Shown here: piece after piece, positions 13,007 to 25,690 of the stretch
Layout of the letters: each line of letters opens with the position of its first letter
How positions within the stretch are numbered: position 1 is the stretch's first letter
Origin: Isurus oxyrinchus
Lineage: Eukaryota
Direction: 5' to 3'
Length of the DNA: 64,000 nt
Assembly: GCA_026770705.1 (NCBI GenBank)
Contig: JANJGN010000027.1
Span: forward strand, 15,128,001-15,192,000
Position numbers and translations under genes: made by a program
The notes under the pieces: generated by a model
The model's database searches: none
What the model saw: the letters and a program-made list of their open reading frames with translations, nothing else
What the model was told of the DNA's origin: nothing

Positions 13007-13738
13007 TTTTTAAAAGTTCTTTCATTGGATGTGGGATTTGTTGACTGGGCCAGCGTTTATTGCCCATCCTTAGTTGCCCCTGAGATGGTGGTGATGAGCT
13101 GCCTTCTTGAACCGCTGCAGTCCATTTTTTTTTTAAATATACTTTATTCATAAAATATCTGAAAGAACATTACAAAACATTTTCTGAATCACCATCACAA
13201 GAAATGCAATGAGATTCAACTTTTACACATGGATCACGAGGTTCTTCAATACAATCAATGAACATTACAATCATTTCAATATGGTCATTACAGACAGTCA
13301 GACAGTGCAATGGTATTGGAGTTATCAACATACATCATGTTGCACTCTAAGGTGCTTCAATACAATTATAATACAATTAGTATTCAATGCATACACTCAT
13401 TGTGAGCCGTACAGCCCATGGAGTCTATACAATTCCCAGCCCCACAGTGCACTATGGCAGAAAGGTCTTAGACAGTGACCCTTCCCCATTGTGCCTTTGC
13501 GGTGACTGCCCCAAGCTTTAGTGCGTCCAGTCCATGTAGTGTAGGTACACCCACAGTGCTGTTAGGGAGGAAGTCCAGGATTTTGACCCAGTGACAGTGA
13601 AGGAACGGCGATATATTTCCAAGTCAGGATGGTGAGTGGCTTGGAGGGGAACTTGCAGGTGGTGGTGTTCCCATGTGTCGGCTCCCCTTATCCTTTTAGG
13701 TGGTAGAGGTTTTGAGTTAGGAAGGTGGAAGGGTTTGA
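13007..13738 (-). mobile_element. HER1-type LINE 3' end, interrupted by a Tx1/L1-like insertion
   Basis: Reverse complement of the tail at 15000-15256 on both sides of 13126-13527. Confidence 0.85.
13126..13527 (-). mobile_element. 5'-truncated poly(A)-tailed Tx1/L1-like LINE with 8-bp TSD
   Basis: Poly-T and tttatt (AATAAA on -) at left; - strand encodes DALKLGAVTAKAQWGRVTV*; TSD cagtccat at 13118-13125 and 13528-13535. Confidence 0.75.
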
Positions 13739-14028
13739 AAATTATAATAATTATTACAAGCATTAGATTTGGATGCAATTTACATATTGTCCTGCACTGT
13801 CCTCAACAATCCACCCATGTGACATTACCATTTCCCACACTAGCTACCTTCTGGTTACTGATTTATCATGAAAGTGTCCAATCAGTATTTAAACTTTGGC
13901 AGTTTTGTGCTGTGTACTTGCATACTGTAAAATATCATTGGATTAAGAATGGTGAAACACATTCACTTAGATTCCCGAAGTGGCTTCAGAGGTGCTGTGC
14001 TTAGTTAAATGAGTATTCATACAGTCAT

Positions 14029-14047
14029 CAGCCACCAGATGGCGGCC
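14029..14047 (+). promoter_or_regulatory. CTCF-binding motif candidate
   Basis: cagccaccagatggcggcc matches the CTCF core CCACYAGRKGGCR. Confidence 0.6.
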
Positions 14048-14083
14048 TTCCACAGGGGAGGGTGGGTTTGCTACTTATCGCCA

Positions 14084-14257
14084 TGACACCTCAGTTCACC
14101 AACCCTAGATTTTGACACCTCAGTTCACCAACCCTGGATTTTGACACCTCAGTTCACCAGCCCTAGATTTTGACACCTCAGTTCACCAACCGTAGATTTT
14201 GACACCTCAGTTCACCAACCCTAGATTTTGACCCTTCGCTTCACCAGTTCTAGATTT
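14084..14257. repeat. Minisatellite, 6 x 29 bp (tgacacctcagttcaccaaccctagattt)
   Basis: Five near-identical units plus one diverged terminal unit, head to tail, no spacers. Confidence 0.95.
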
Positions 14258-14496
14258 TGCAGGATCCAGGAGGAATTGCATTGTCTTCTTGTTTTATCCA
14301 AACCAGTTTGCCTTGTGCATATCCGCTACATGTCCATGAGCAGCTGGTTGGTTATAAGTTATTGTACCTATGAAGATTATCACAGTTGTCACCATAAATG
14401 AGAAAGGACTATTTGTGATATTAACGAGTGGGTTAAAACTTTTGTTCAATAGCAGACAGAAGAAGAGATACCCTGTGAATTAACAATCACTCCTGA

Positions 14497-15256
14497 CTTA
14501 GGCTGATAAATGGCAAAAACATTCGCCCTACACAAGTGTCAGGCAATGACCATCTCCAACATGAAGGAATCTAACCACCTCCCCTTGATGTTCAATGGCA
14601 ATACCATTACTATTGACCAGAAACTGAACTGGACTAGCCATATCAATACTGTGGCTACAAGAGCAGGTCAGATGTTAGGAATCGTGTGGCAAGGAACTCA
14701 CCTCCTGACCCTCCAAAGCCTGTCCACCACCTACAAAGCATAGGTCAGAAGTTTGATGGAATATTCCTCACTTGCCTGGATGAGTGCAGCTCCAACAACA
14801 CTCAAGAAGCTTGACACCATCCAGGACAAAACAGTCTGCTTCATTGGCACACCCTCCACAAACATTCACTCCCTCTACCACTGACGCAGACCAGCAGCAG
14901 TGTGTACCATCTGTAAGATGCATTGAAGCAAATCACCAAGGCTCTTTACCAAGCAGTTTCCAAACCCATGACCTCTACCACATAGGCATTCAAGGACAGC
15001 AGTCACATAGGAACACCACCACTTGCAAGTTCCCCTCCAAGTCACTCACCATCCTGAATTGGAAATATATCGCCGTTCCTTCACTGTCGCTGGGTCAAAA
15101 TACTGGAACTTACTCCCTGACAGCACTGTGGGTGTACTTACACTGCATGGACTGCAGTGGTTCAAGAAGGCAGCTCACCACCACCCTCTCAAGGGATGGG
15201 TAATAAATGCTGGCCCAGCCAGAAACACCCACATCCTGCAAAAGAATTTTAAAAAA
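14497..15256 (+). mobile_element. HER1-type (CR1-clade) LINE 3' fragment
   Basis: RT C-terminal remnant (IDQKLNWTSHINTVATRAGQMLG...LSTTYKA) and 3' tail gggtaataaatgctggccc shared with HE1. Confidence 0.9.
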
Positions 15257-15369
15257 CACAAGCTGGAGATGGACTTGCATCGGTCCTGCTGTTAGCTTCA
15301 TGAATACAGCATCTTGCATTTTACCACCTGTGAGTTAGATGAACTTGCTGAATTTTCAGATTAATGCTT

Positions 15370-17810
15370 TCTTAGTTTCTTAGAGCAGCATGCTCTAGCT
15401 CTAGTGCTATAGTTCTATTCCAAGCTGTGGTTCGTGCTCTAGGGCTAGTTTCATGCAGCAGCATGTTTAGGAACCAACCAGAGAGCAGGTTATATTATAC
15501 TTGGTATTGTGTAACATGACAGGATTAATTAATTAGCTCAGAGTAAAGTCACCCATAGGCAGCAGTGACCACAACATGATTGAATTTTACATCCAGTTTG
15601 AAAGGGAGAAGGGTGGGTCTAAGACTAGTATCTTAAACTTAAATAAGGGCAACGATGTGGGGATGAAAGCTGAGCTAGCTGATGTGAACTGGAAAACTAG
15701 GCAAGAGGATAGATCAATAGAGAAGCAATGGCAGACATTTAAGGGGATATTTCTGAGTATTCAGAATAAGTAGATTCCTATTATAAAGAAAAATTCTAAG
15801 GGGAGGACCCACCATCCGTGGTTATCTAAAGAAGTTAAGGAAAGCATCAAACTTAAGAAAAAAGCATGCAACTCCACAAAGATGAGTAGCAGGACAGATG
15901 ATTGGGCAGAATATAAAGAACGGCTGAGAATGACTAAAAGGTTAATCAGGAGAAAGAAATTAGAATATGAGAGGAAGCTAGCTAGAAATGTAAAACTGGA
16001 TAGCAAGATTTTCTACAGGTATTTAAAAAGGAAAAGACTAAGTAAAGTGAGTGTTGGTCCTCTAAAGAGTGACAGTAGGGAGTTACTAATAGATAATAAG
16101 GAAATGGTGTAAGAAATGAACAAATATTTTGCTTCTGTGTTCACTATAGACGATACAAAAAATATTCCAGTAATAGCTGCAAATCAGGAGGTGAACAGGA
16201 GAAAGGAATCTGGTGAAATTGAAATCACCAGGGAAATGGTACTGAGCAAACTGATGGAGCTGTGGGCTGGCAAGTCTCCGGATCCCAATGGACTACATCC
16301 TAGGGTCTTAAAAGAGGTGGATAATGAGGTAGTCAATGTGCTGGTGTTAATTTTGCAAAAGTCGCTAGATTCTGGAAAGTAGCAAATATAACCCCTCTTT
16401 TCAAGAAGGGGCAGAGGCAGAAAACAGGAAACTATAGGCTGGTTAGCTTGACGTCTGTCATGGGGAAGTTATTAGAATCAATCATTAAGGAGGTTATAGC
16501 TGGGCACTCAGAAAACCTCAAGGCAATTGGGAAGAGTCAGCATGGTTTTGTGAAACGAAAATCATGTTTAACCAATTTATTGGTTTTTGAAGGAGTAACA
16601 TGCACAGTGGATAAAGGAGAGCCTGTAAATATACTGTACTTGGATTTCCAGAAGACATTTGATAAGGTGCCACTTCAAACATTATTATAGAAAATAAAAG
16701 TGCATGGTGTAGTGGGTAACATATTAGCATGGATAGAAGATTGACTGGCTGGCAGAAAGCAGAGAGTATGCATAAAGGGGTCTTCCTTGGATTGGCAGGT
16801 TGTGACGAGTGGAGTCCTACAGGGGTCTGTACTGGGGCCTCAACTTTTTATGATTTACATAAAAGACTTAGATGTGGGGAGTGAAGACATGGTAGCTAAA
16901 CTTGCAGATGAGACAAAGCTAGGTAGGAAAGCATATTGTGAAGAGAACATGAGGAGGCTGCAGATTGATATAGATAGGTTGAGTTAGTGGGCAAAGATCT
17001 GGCAAATGGAGTTTAATGTGGGAAAATGTGAATTTGGTCACTTTGGCAGGAAGAACAAAAAAAAAGAGTATTACTTAAATGGAGAACGGCTGCATATTTC
17101 TGAGGTGCAGAGGGATCTAGGTGTTCTAGTACAAATCACAAAAAGTTTGTATGCAGGTACAGCAAGTAATTAAGAAGGCTAATGGAATGGAATCCTTTAT
17201 TATGAGAGATTGAACATAAAAGTAAGGATGTTATGCTTCAGTTATACAGGACATTGGTAAGACCACACCTCGAATACTGTGTGCAGTTTTGATCTCCTTA
17301 TTTAAGGAAGGATGTAAATGCCTTGGAGGCGGCTCAGAGGAGATTTACTAGATTGATACCGGGAATGAGGAAAGGTTGGACAGACTAGGTTTGTTTCCAC
17401 TGGAGTTTAGAAGAGTGAGGGGTGATTGATTGAAGTATACAAGGTCCTGAATGACATTGGCAAAGTGGATGTTGAAAGGATGTTGTCTCTTGTGGGTGAG
17501 TCCGGAACTAGGGGTCACTGTTTTAAAATTAGGAGTCACCCCTTTAGGACAGAGATGAGGAGAATTTTTTTCTCTCAGAAGGTTGTGTGACTTTGGAATT
17601 CTCTGCCTCAGAAAGTGGTGGATGTGGGGTTATTGAATATTTTTAAGGCAGAGGTAGATAGAGTCTTGTTAGGCAAGGGAATCAAAGGTTATCGGGGGTA
17701 GATGCCAATGTTGAAATTGAAATACAAGAAGATCAGCCATGATCTTATTGAATGGCAGAGCAGGCTCGAAGGACCAAATGGTCTATTCCTGTTTCTATTT
17801 CTTATGTTCT
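15370..17810 (+). mobile_element. CR1 LINE ORF2 pseudogene, 5'-truncated, ~2.4 kb
   Basis: Frame fragments NKYFASVFT, SQHGF..KSCLTNLL, YLDFQKTFDKVP, SGVLQGSVLGPQLF; CR1 3' UTR ending ttcttatgttct. Confidence 0.95.
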
Positions 17811-18362
17811 AATTGCTCATTAAACTAGCTCAGAAAATTAAGTCTGGTAATTAACAGCAGAAGTACTCTTTGAATGACATAATCATTGTTAACAACTGCC
17901 AATCAATCTCTTTTATTCCAAAAAGTGAACAATTATAAGTGTGAGTTTCAGTCCATTAGCTTGTAAATTGTTTCAGAAGGTCTTAAAGATGTAACGTTTT
18001 TCATTTTTTTCTTATTTTTCCTTCTGTCTCTTCTCTCTCCTCCTAATTCAATCTTTCTTTCCCTCTTTTGATTTCACTTTCTGCACCTAAATTGACACTA
18101 AATTTAGTTACTCTAATTCACTCTCCTTCTCAGTTCTTCCTCTTTTTTTTAGTTCTCAATTTTGAAATCTCATTAGATAAAGAGATGAATTGCTTGTCCC
18201 ATTGTTCACCAAGATTACCAATGCCCCGAGACCCTTGCTGCGCCATTCTCAGCTCATACTTACAGCAACTTCATGGACAAAAACATAAAACCTAACCATG
18301 CATGAAGAAGTCTTACTAATGGGGCTTGCTGTGAGATACCCCACTCTGGCAAAATACGGCCC
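17811..18362. mobile_element. MITE-like element, right part (left part probably 15260-15369, split by the CR1)
   Basis: Ends in aaaatacggccc, the same terminus type as the other MITEs here. Confidence 0.45.
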
Positions 18363-18584
18363 ACTCTTCTCTAAGTGCCTAGTCCTCCCCTGTTGGACAG
18401 TTAAAATTGAATCAGAGAAGGTTACGTGATTCTGGAGGTAGGGCAGGATGTAAGGATTAATTTTGCGCTTAGGAAAGAGCTGGCTCAGAAAGAATAGGGC
18501 AAATGCCTGTCTGCATGGGAATAAATGATTTGAATTTTGCTCACAATTCTTTACACATTGTCCTCTACAAACAGTCGCTTGGCA

Positions 18585-18765
18585 GTTGTTGTTGTTGTTG
18601 TTGCAGCTTTTTATCTTGCACGCATCAGGACAAATGCAAGAATACCAAATTTTCAAGTTTTAATTTATACCATACCCTTGTGATTGTTTGAACTTTGGTA
18701 TTCTTGCGTTGGTCCTGATGAGTGCATGACGAAAAGCTTCGGCAAATGACTCTTGTCAGCAACAT
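18585..18765. mobile_element. Inverted pair of family-B Penelope-type terminal fragments
   Basis: 18600-18656 is the approximate reverse complement of 18688-18745; same family at 42087-42215 and 59466-59750. Confidence 0.75.
18709..18745 (+). ncRNA. Minimal type I hammerhead ribozyme motif (Penelope-type, family B), core intact
   Basis: gtc-CTGATGA(18715-18721)-gt gcatg ac-GAAA(18731-18734)-agct-TC-ggc; palindromic AAGCTT stem III; predicted cleavage after C18740. Confidence 0.7.
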
Positions 18766-19766
18766 TTTTTTATATGAGAACCTTGGTAATTGCACTGCCA
18801 AAGTACTTCATTGGTTGTAAATTGCTTTGGGACATCCTGAGACTGTGAAGCGCTATATGAATGCAAGTTCTTCCTCCTCCTTTCCAAAATGAATTGTGGG
18901 CATAAACTGTCCAATTGTACCTACAATCTGCACTATTGAAGAACTCACTCTCTATAATTGCCCCGGGAAGCTGGACAACCACGGATAAAACCTCCGAGAT
19001 ATTAAGATTCTCCGATGTCCTGCTCTGCTCCAGGATATTAAGCTGACATTATAATCATTGCATTCAATGCTGACCAGTTGTATTGTCTAAGTAACATTCC
19101 TTTGGCCCGAGGAGCACAGACACATCAATGCCCATTATTATAAAGGTAACTTCATCAATCCTGTGTTCCCCGAGAATTGATGACATTCACTTTATAGTAA
19201 AGGAGTGCAATGAGAATAATGAGGGCTACAGGAATCTAACAGATTTCTGCTCTCTTACTTACACTGCAACTTAATTTCATTGGACGTGTGCAGTTACCCC
19301 TCACCAAAAATAGGAAATAAAGGGAATTGTCATATTGACCGAATTAAAATCTATGCCAATTGCAAATTTGGTGTATTTAAATCATTCTCCACACTGCTGT
19401 CAACAATTTCACCTGGTCCACACCTCAAAATATTGTGTAAGAATTGTTCAACTATCCTAATTTATTGCCCCTTCTCAAGGGCAGTTAGGGATGGGCAATA
19501 AATGCTGGCCTAGCCACCAATGCCCACATCCTGTGAAAGAAATTTAAAAAAAATCACTCCCCCCATGACAGTGGATTGCAATCTTAGGATTTCCATTGCA
19601 CCAACAATTTAACTGAGGGGAACTATTCAGCGCCCCAGGGTTGCTGAGGTAAAAAAAAAATTGACGGTGCAGTGAAGAAGTGTTGTTGCTTTGAAAATTT
19701 GTACAAGTTTAAGATCTTTTGTAATTGGTAATTAATTAATGGTATTGTTTTGATTCCTCCATAAAG

Positions 19767-19837
19767 GCCTTGGAATTCCAGAGCTGCTCCAAGCCATTCT
19801 AAAGCTCTTTCCGCTGGACACATATGTCAGCTGCCCG
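19767..19837 (+). CDS. FUOM: Fucose mutarotase, coding exon 3
   Basis: tcctccataaag acceptor, gtatgt donor; 71 nt; (G)LGIPELLQAILKLFPLDTYVSCP, includes Asp69 of the PLD motif. Confidence 0.95.
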
Positions 19838-20599
19838 GTATGTTTTGCTGTTGAATGTGCCAAGAGATTTAGATTTTCACAAATTTCTTATTTATACCAG
19901 ACCTGTGTGTAGACAATATATCTCTGTTATATGTGTGATAAGCATTAAAGTCAACAAGAGGCAGTGCCAGGGTATGAGCTGCTATGTACTCTTTTGGCAT
20001 TGACTTTTCCCAGGGTATGTACCTGGGATTACCAATGGAATTATACACTGTCTTCTTTCCACAACAGATAGGAAACAGCTGCAATAACCATCTGTGGACC
20101 AGCCAGTTGAAGATGAAGGCTACTGACTTAGGTAGGAGGGTATAGGATTTCACAGGTAAACGTGAGGGAATTATTGAGGACAAGTGGATAGTATTGGAGA
20201 GGACAGGTGAGTGACCAAGGTCAGCAATTTATACATATGGGCTTGGATTGGGCTGGGAGAGTGAGACTCGATCAATGTGGCCAGGTGCAGGGTCACCAAG
20301 TTAAAGGGGGAAGTGTTGAGAGAGAGCAAAAAGGATTTTGGGTCTATTAAGGCAGGACCAGGTTAACAGGAGTTGAAAGAAGATAGAAGTTACACAGGAA
20401 GTTACATTAATGAATTGGCACCAGGTTGAGGACCCCAGTGTAGAAAATCAGGGCAAAAAGACGGAAAAGATAATTAGGACATGTATAGGTTGGAAGGGAG
20501 AGGAATGTTGCAAACAGAAGATTTACTTCCACAGAAAAGTAGTGGGCAGTTTTGGGGTTCAAGGTTCCGGGGGGGAGGTGGGTGAGGGAGTGGTAATCA

Positions 20600-20830
20600 G
20601 GTGGGACATGGCTTTAAACATCCTTTCACCTCTAGGACCTAGGTTCCAATCCAACATAGACTGATTGGGATAAAGATTTCCTTTGTCTCCTGGTTGGAAG
20701 GATTCTGTGTTCATTAGGTTTGGGTTGTGTAACTTTAGCCTTGGTGGGCCTAGACTTACAGCACAAAACCAACTCAATTTACTATCAGTTGGCAACCTCA
20801 TAGAGGCCACAGCATGGCTAATGTGACAAG
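20600..20830 (+). mobile_element. LF-SINE-like ancient SINE
   Basis: cctttcacctctaggacctaggttccaatcca, similar to the LF-SINE tRNA-derived head. Confidence 0.5.
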
Positions 20831-21864
20831 TGGTGAAAATGTTACAGTGGCACGATAGAGAGTGCTCTTCTAAGGCTGAGGTGGAGGCATATTGTTGGGA
20901 TAGATTAGATGGGGATTTACTCTAGCTGTAAATGCTTAATGCTGATCCTAGGTTCCTGAAATACTATTATCCCTCAACTAGACACGCACAAAAAAAAGCC
21001 CAAAGAATAGCCAGCAATGTTACACAGGAGTGGGCAAGTGTTTTGTTTTCATGGGCTGCTTTGGTGCATATCTTGGAACCTTGGGGCGATTATAAAATTC
21101 TAATCAATGTTCCCATTAATGGTTTCCATTATATCTCAAATTGCTCATTCTAACAGACCTTGCTGTCTGATTTGGGACTTATTCATCGATAGAGCAACAG
21201 TGATATAAATGAACTCATTAACACATCATGATCCATGCAATTCAAAGAAGATAAACCAGGAGTTAGGAAAATTAAGGACAAAGAAGACTAAGCTGTCGGA
21301 CCTAGAGGGCTGGGTTGCCAGGATTCACAGGACTACATCTAGCCTATAGGTCATAGTTTGCGTAAATGGTCACAAAATTATGGGATACCAACACAAAAAG
21401 GGGCAAATAGGTCAGGCAGTATATCCACTGTGATTAAGGCCTTGGTTCTCGATTCATAGTGAGCACACAAATGCCTAGCGAGTGGACAGAGGGGGAGAAC
21501 TGGAGCTGCCTGTGGGCTTTCTACAGAGACCCTGACATTGTTTCCAAACAGGAAGTACATCTGACTCAACAGCAGTTTCGGATTTTGTAATGCATCGCGT
21601 GATTTTATAGCACCATGAGCCAGTTTATAATGGACGTTCTCTTCCTTCTGTGGGACAGCATAGGCTGAATTTCCCCAAAGGGGGTGGGAAAGGGGAGTTG
21701 GGGCTGTTTTGTGGGTCCTGAAGCTACCACCTGTGGGAAATTGATTAAAGTCAAGATTTTCATGCGTTTGAGCCTTTAATTGGTTTGGAGACTGGTTTCC
21801 TGGGTGACGGCTGGGCCAATCTGACACTTTCCAGTTTCAGAGAAACACCTGCTTGGATGATGGA

Positions 21865-22085
21865 TAATACGTGTCCAGGGAGAATTCCCCTGCTGCTCTC
21901 CAACTAGCACCCTGGGATCCTTTATATCTGCCTGAAGGAGCAGCGGGATCTTGAATATACCAACTTATCTGAAAGATAGGCAGCTCTGACAATGCAGCAC
22001 TCCTTCAGTACTGCAGCGGTGTTAGTCAGGATTATGAGCTCAAGCCCTGCTGCTTGAACCCACAACCCTCTGACTCTAAGGCACA
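21865..22085 (-). mobile_element. Deu-domain SINE (SacSINE1/AmnSINE-like) 5' part
   Basis: ctctgacaatgcagcactccttcagtactgca...cttgaacccacaaccctctgactc; related copy at 49885-50145. Confidence 0.6.
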
Positions 22086-23289
22086 CAGCCCCATTTGACT
22101 GTCCAGTGTATCACCAGAGAAAGAAAGATTAGGAAGCTTTTTAATTAATATAGTCAAAAAGAATTTGAATGTTATTTCACCTCACCCACCGCTCCCCATC
22201 AACTTCCTGAGGTATTTGACTGAGGGGTACTGAGTCACTGGACAGTGACCAAGAGAAGAAACCCTTCTGATTTTTTTGCCCTTGCTATCCGAGGGGCATT
22301 AAGGGCAGGTCTTGTATCCTGATTGAAACACTGTCCTGCAACCAGTCCTGTACAGACTGGGAGGTTGAACCTTGAGTTTTTACTGCTTAGCTCTATGCTG
22401 AACAGTATATGTTTCCACTAAGCCATGGGGAGTACTGAAAGTTTATTCTATGGCATCCCAGAACACATGAATCCCAGAACACTTCTGGGATTCATTCAGC
22501 AGAGAGGAAGGGGTTAAATATCTTGCAGGCATGCCTCCGTTTCTAGATTTTTTGACAAACATTACTGATGCTAATGGATTTTCTGTAGAGTGCAATTAAA
22601 CCGCTACTAAATATAAAACAGATGTTTGAACTCTTCCGAGGATATAGGCTTGACAGTAAAGTGGGCGTCAGTCATATCATCTCACTGCTGCCTTGTAGAC
22701 CTCAATTAATGATCAATGATTCTTACTGCCGAATGGGGCACTTGCTGTAATTGCTTCCCTCCACCTCTGCACAGAAATAAACACAATATCCTTTATGACG
22801 TGTTTATTTAACAGGTCTCTCCAGCTTCTTTTCTGCTTGGTCTGTGTCCCCGTTTGTATTTTTCAAAAACAGAGACGATACTTCACTGTCGGAAAATCAC
22901 GTGAGCTGTCAGTTTCCTTGTAGATTTCATTGAAACAGATGATAATTAAACTGTAAGATACTGGATTAGATTACGTTAGTCACAGGATATATCATTATGG
23001 AGCAACAGACAGGATAAGGTCCCACGGTTTGAAAAGTTTACAGGTATGGCACATCACCATCCATATCATTGACATTATGGCTGATTGTGTTGTGATTTTT
23101 ATCTGCAGTCTTTTCATTTAGCAACTTCGTGTGTAGTACTCCTAATTTGTTAGGACCATCACTCTGATTATGGGGGCGTCGCACAGACTGTGGGTGTGCA
23201 TTCCTTCCTGGTTGCAACCTATTCTACTTGTATGCTGGAGTTACAGCTAAAAGGGAGCAATCCAGCCAATACCACTCCAGCTTCTGTAG

Positions 23290-24235
23290 CCATGTCCCTT
23301 GCACCTTTATTTTGGGGATTTCCCAGGGATCCAACTTTGGCCCCCTCCTCTTCCTAACCTGTATATTGTCCCTTGGGGAAATGATCTCTATGCATGGTGT
23401 GAACTTTGACATGTATGCTGATTTACATCGGGAGCTACCCCTTCACCACTTCCCTTGACTTTTCTGCTGCCTCTTTGCTATCAAATTGCTTGTCCGACAC
23501 TCAGGCTAGAGTTCCCTCTTGCTTAACATTGGGAAGGCTGAAGCCATCATCACAAACTCTGCTTCATCAGCATTGACCCTCAACTGTTATTGTCTTAGGA
23601 TTACAAACGTGACATCCTATTTGTTGCTAAGTTGAGGTTCTGACCCTGTCCCGTCTCCATCACATAACACCCGCTTCCAAATCTGTAACATCATCTGCTT
23701 CTATCCCTGCTTCAGCACATTGGTGCCTCATTGGGCCTGTGTCATCTCCAGATTCGATAACTCCAGTGGTGTCCTGGCTGGCTTTCCAACTCTGGAGACT
23801 ACAGCTCGTCCAAATCGCTGCTGTTTGCACTCGATCCCACTCCCAATTCTCTTTGCTCAGTACTCCTGTCCTTGCTGACTTACAATGACTCCTAACAGCC
23901 CATTGATTAAAATTGAAAATTCTCAGCTTCATAGTTAATTCTGTTTATGGCCCTGTCCCTCCCTATCGGCCCTTTCCCAAACTCTCTGTTCCTCTGATCC
24001 CTTCCTCTCGTCCGTTACTGTCACCATTGATAGTTTCAGCTCCATAATCGGGAATTGCTTATTTTGTCTGTCTACATCCCTGTCTACCTTTAAGAGCCAA
24101 CCCACAACCAATTCTTTGGCCAAACTATTTCTTATATCTCTCCTTCTTTGACTTGGAATCCAAATGCACATGTGGAGCTCCTTGGGTGTGTTTTTGATGT
24201 TAATGGTGCGACATGCAAGCAGATGTTTGTAGTTT
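23290..24235 (+). mobile_element. Degenerate L2-clade LINE 3' part
   Basis: GISQGSNFGPLLFL...MYAD RT motif; ctacagctcgtccaaatcgctgctg; L2-type tail. Confidence 0.75.
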
Positions 24236-24276
24236 ACATGGATGGGAGAATTGTCAGCATCAATATAAAATACATG

Positions 24277-25484
24277 GGGCAGAATCGTCCCAGATTTGTA
24301 TTAAGTGTGGTAGCGGGTGTGAAAAATGATGTTTACCTGCTGGTCGCAATGGGAAATGGTTGAGCCGTGTTGTCTGATTACCGCCTCATTAACCATGCAG
24401 CCACAGGAAATAAGCCGTCTCATTGATGGGCAACCTCTGAATTGCCCACCACGCCTTTATCTCACCCTTTCCTCACTCCGGTTGCCATATCTAAACTGCA
24501 GCTGCGCACACAGTTCTCAATGTTTGCAGCCCAGGACTGCTCCAGTGAAGACATGGCCCTGAAAACAAAGAAGAGTTCAGTGACCCGTTACTGAAAGGCC
24601 TTTTGGAGGTCCAGCAATCTCACCACTCCAGCTTGGGAGGCAGGGGCAGTGGTGGTCAGTGCCAACGCTGCGCAGAAGAGGTTGGCCATTTAGCGCAGAT
24701 AGAGGATGAATGACCTCATCCATGCTGCCAGGGTAAGGCAACCATCTCATCACTCTAAACTCACACACTCACAAGCCCATCAGACAGTCACTGGCATCTC
24801 ACTCACTGCCAACTCAAGGGACATCACCACTCACTCTCACACACACATCTTCACATCTCCATCTGGCCCCATCTCCTCTGGAGACTGCCTCCTCAGCCCT
24901 CACCATCTTGAGGCCACTTACACAGATCACCATGTGCCCCCCCACACACACTGGGTTACCCCCTTCTCCTGCAGCCTCTTCCCTTGCCTGAGGCCACTTT
25001 TCTCGCTTCCTCAAGCTTGACCTAGCCCTGCAGCCATTGAAAAGCCACCCACCTTATGGCTGGTCTGGTCAGTAGAGACCTGCCTATGAGCCCCCACTAA
25101 AAGTGATGCGGTGCTGCCTGCGAAGTCTTGTGCTGATGACCACGAGTGCTGCCTATAGCAAAGTAGGCCAACAAACCTCAAAGCCCCAAGCAAAGTGCAG
25201 CCCACCAGGTGCACGTTGCTTATGTACAGTTGTGAAACACATTGGCGTTCAATCACGCCAACTTTCCTGGATGATCCAGCGTGGGGGGGGGGATGATTCT
25301 GGAGAACTGGGCTTATAATAAGATGACGAAGTATTGAAATCAAGTTCCCGATGTGTCTTTGATGGGTGGAGCAGATGACCGCAAATTGGTTTTTTAACGA
25401 CATGAAACCGATTTTTCCGACTCGATATTTTCCGCTCCTGCCCGCTATGATGCCCACTGCAAACAGGCGTGGACAATCCCGCTC
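24277..25484 (+). mobile_element. Internally deleted Harbinger/PIF element with both ends
   Basis: TIR-like gggcagaatcgtcc (24277) and ggacaatcccgctc (25471-25484); decayed Myb/SANT exon 24553-24732 (MALKTKK...AWEAGAVVVSANAAQKR...RMNDLIHAAR|gtaagg). Confidence 0.75.
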
Positions 25485-25690
25485 TCGCGGTTAGGTTAGA
25501 TGCCAGAATTTCTTTTCAGAGAGAGTTATTGAAACTCTAGAATCAATTACCAGAAGGTGCAGTAAATTTGGATTTGCTGCAGTTCGTCAGCTGGGTCAGT
25601 TCCTGAAAGTCAAGGCCGTCTGCAGTAATAAAATGTATATATAGGGGTAGTTGTAATTATTGATATTGTTTTTTGCAGTTTCTTGGACCT

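Noticed and set aside
14084-14257. CRISPR-like array (29-bp repeats)
   Set aside because: Units are contiguous with no unique spacers, no cas genes, and the context is vertebrate
15376-15471. Short direct duplication at the CR1 5' end (agtttc..gcagcagcatg..tag twice)
   Set aside because: Real, but consistent with ordinary 5'-junction rearrangement during LINE insertion
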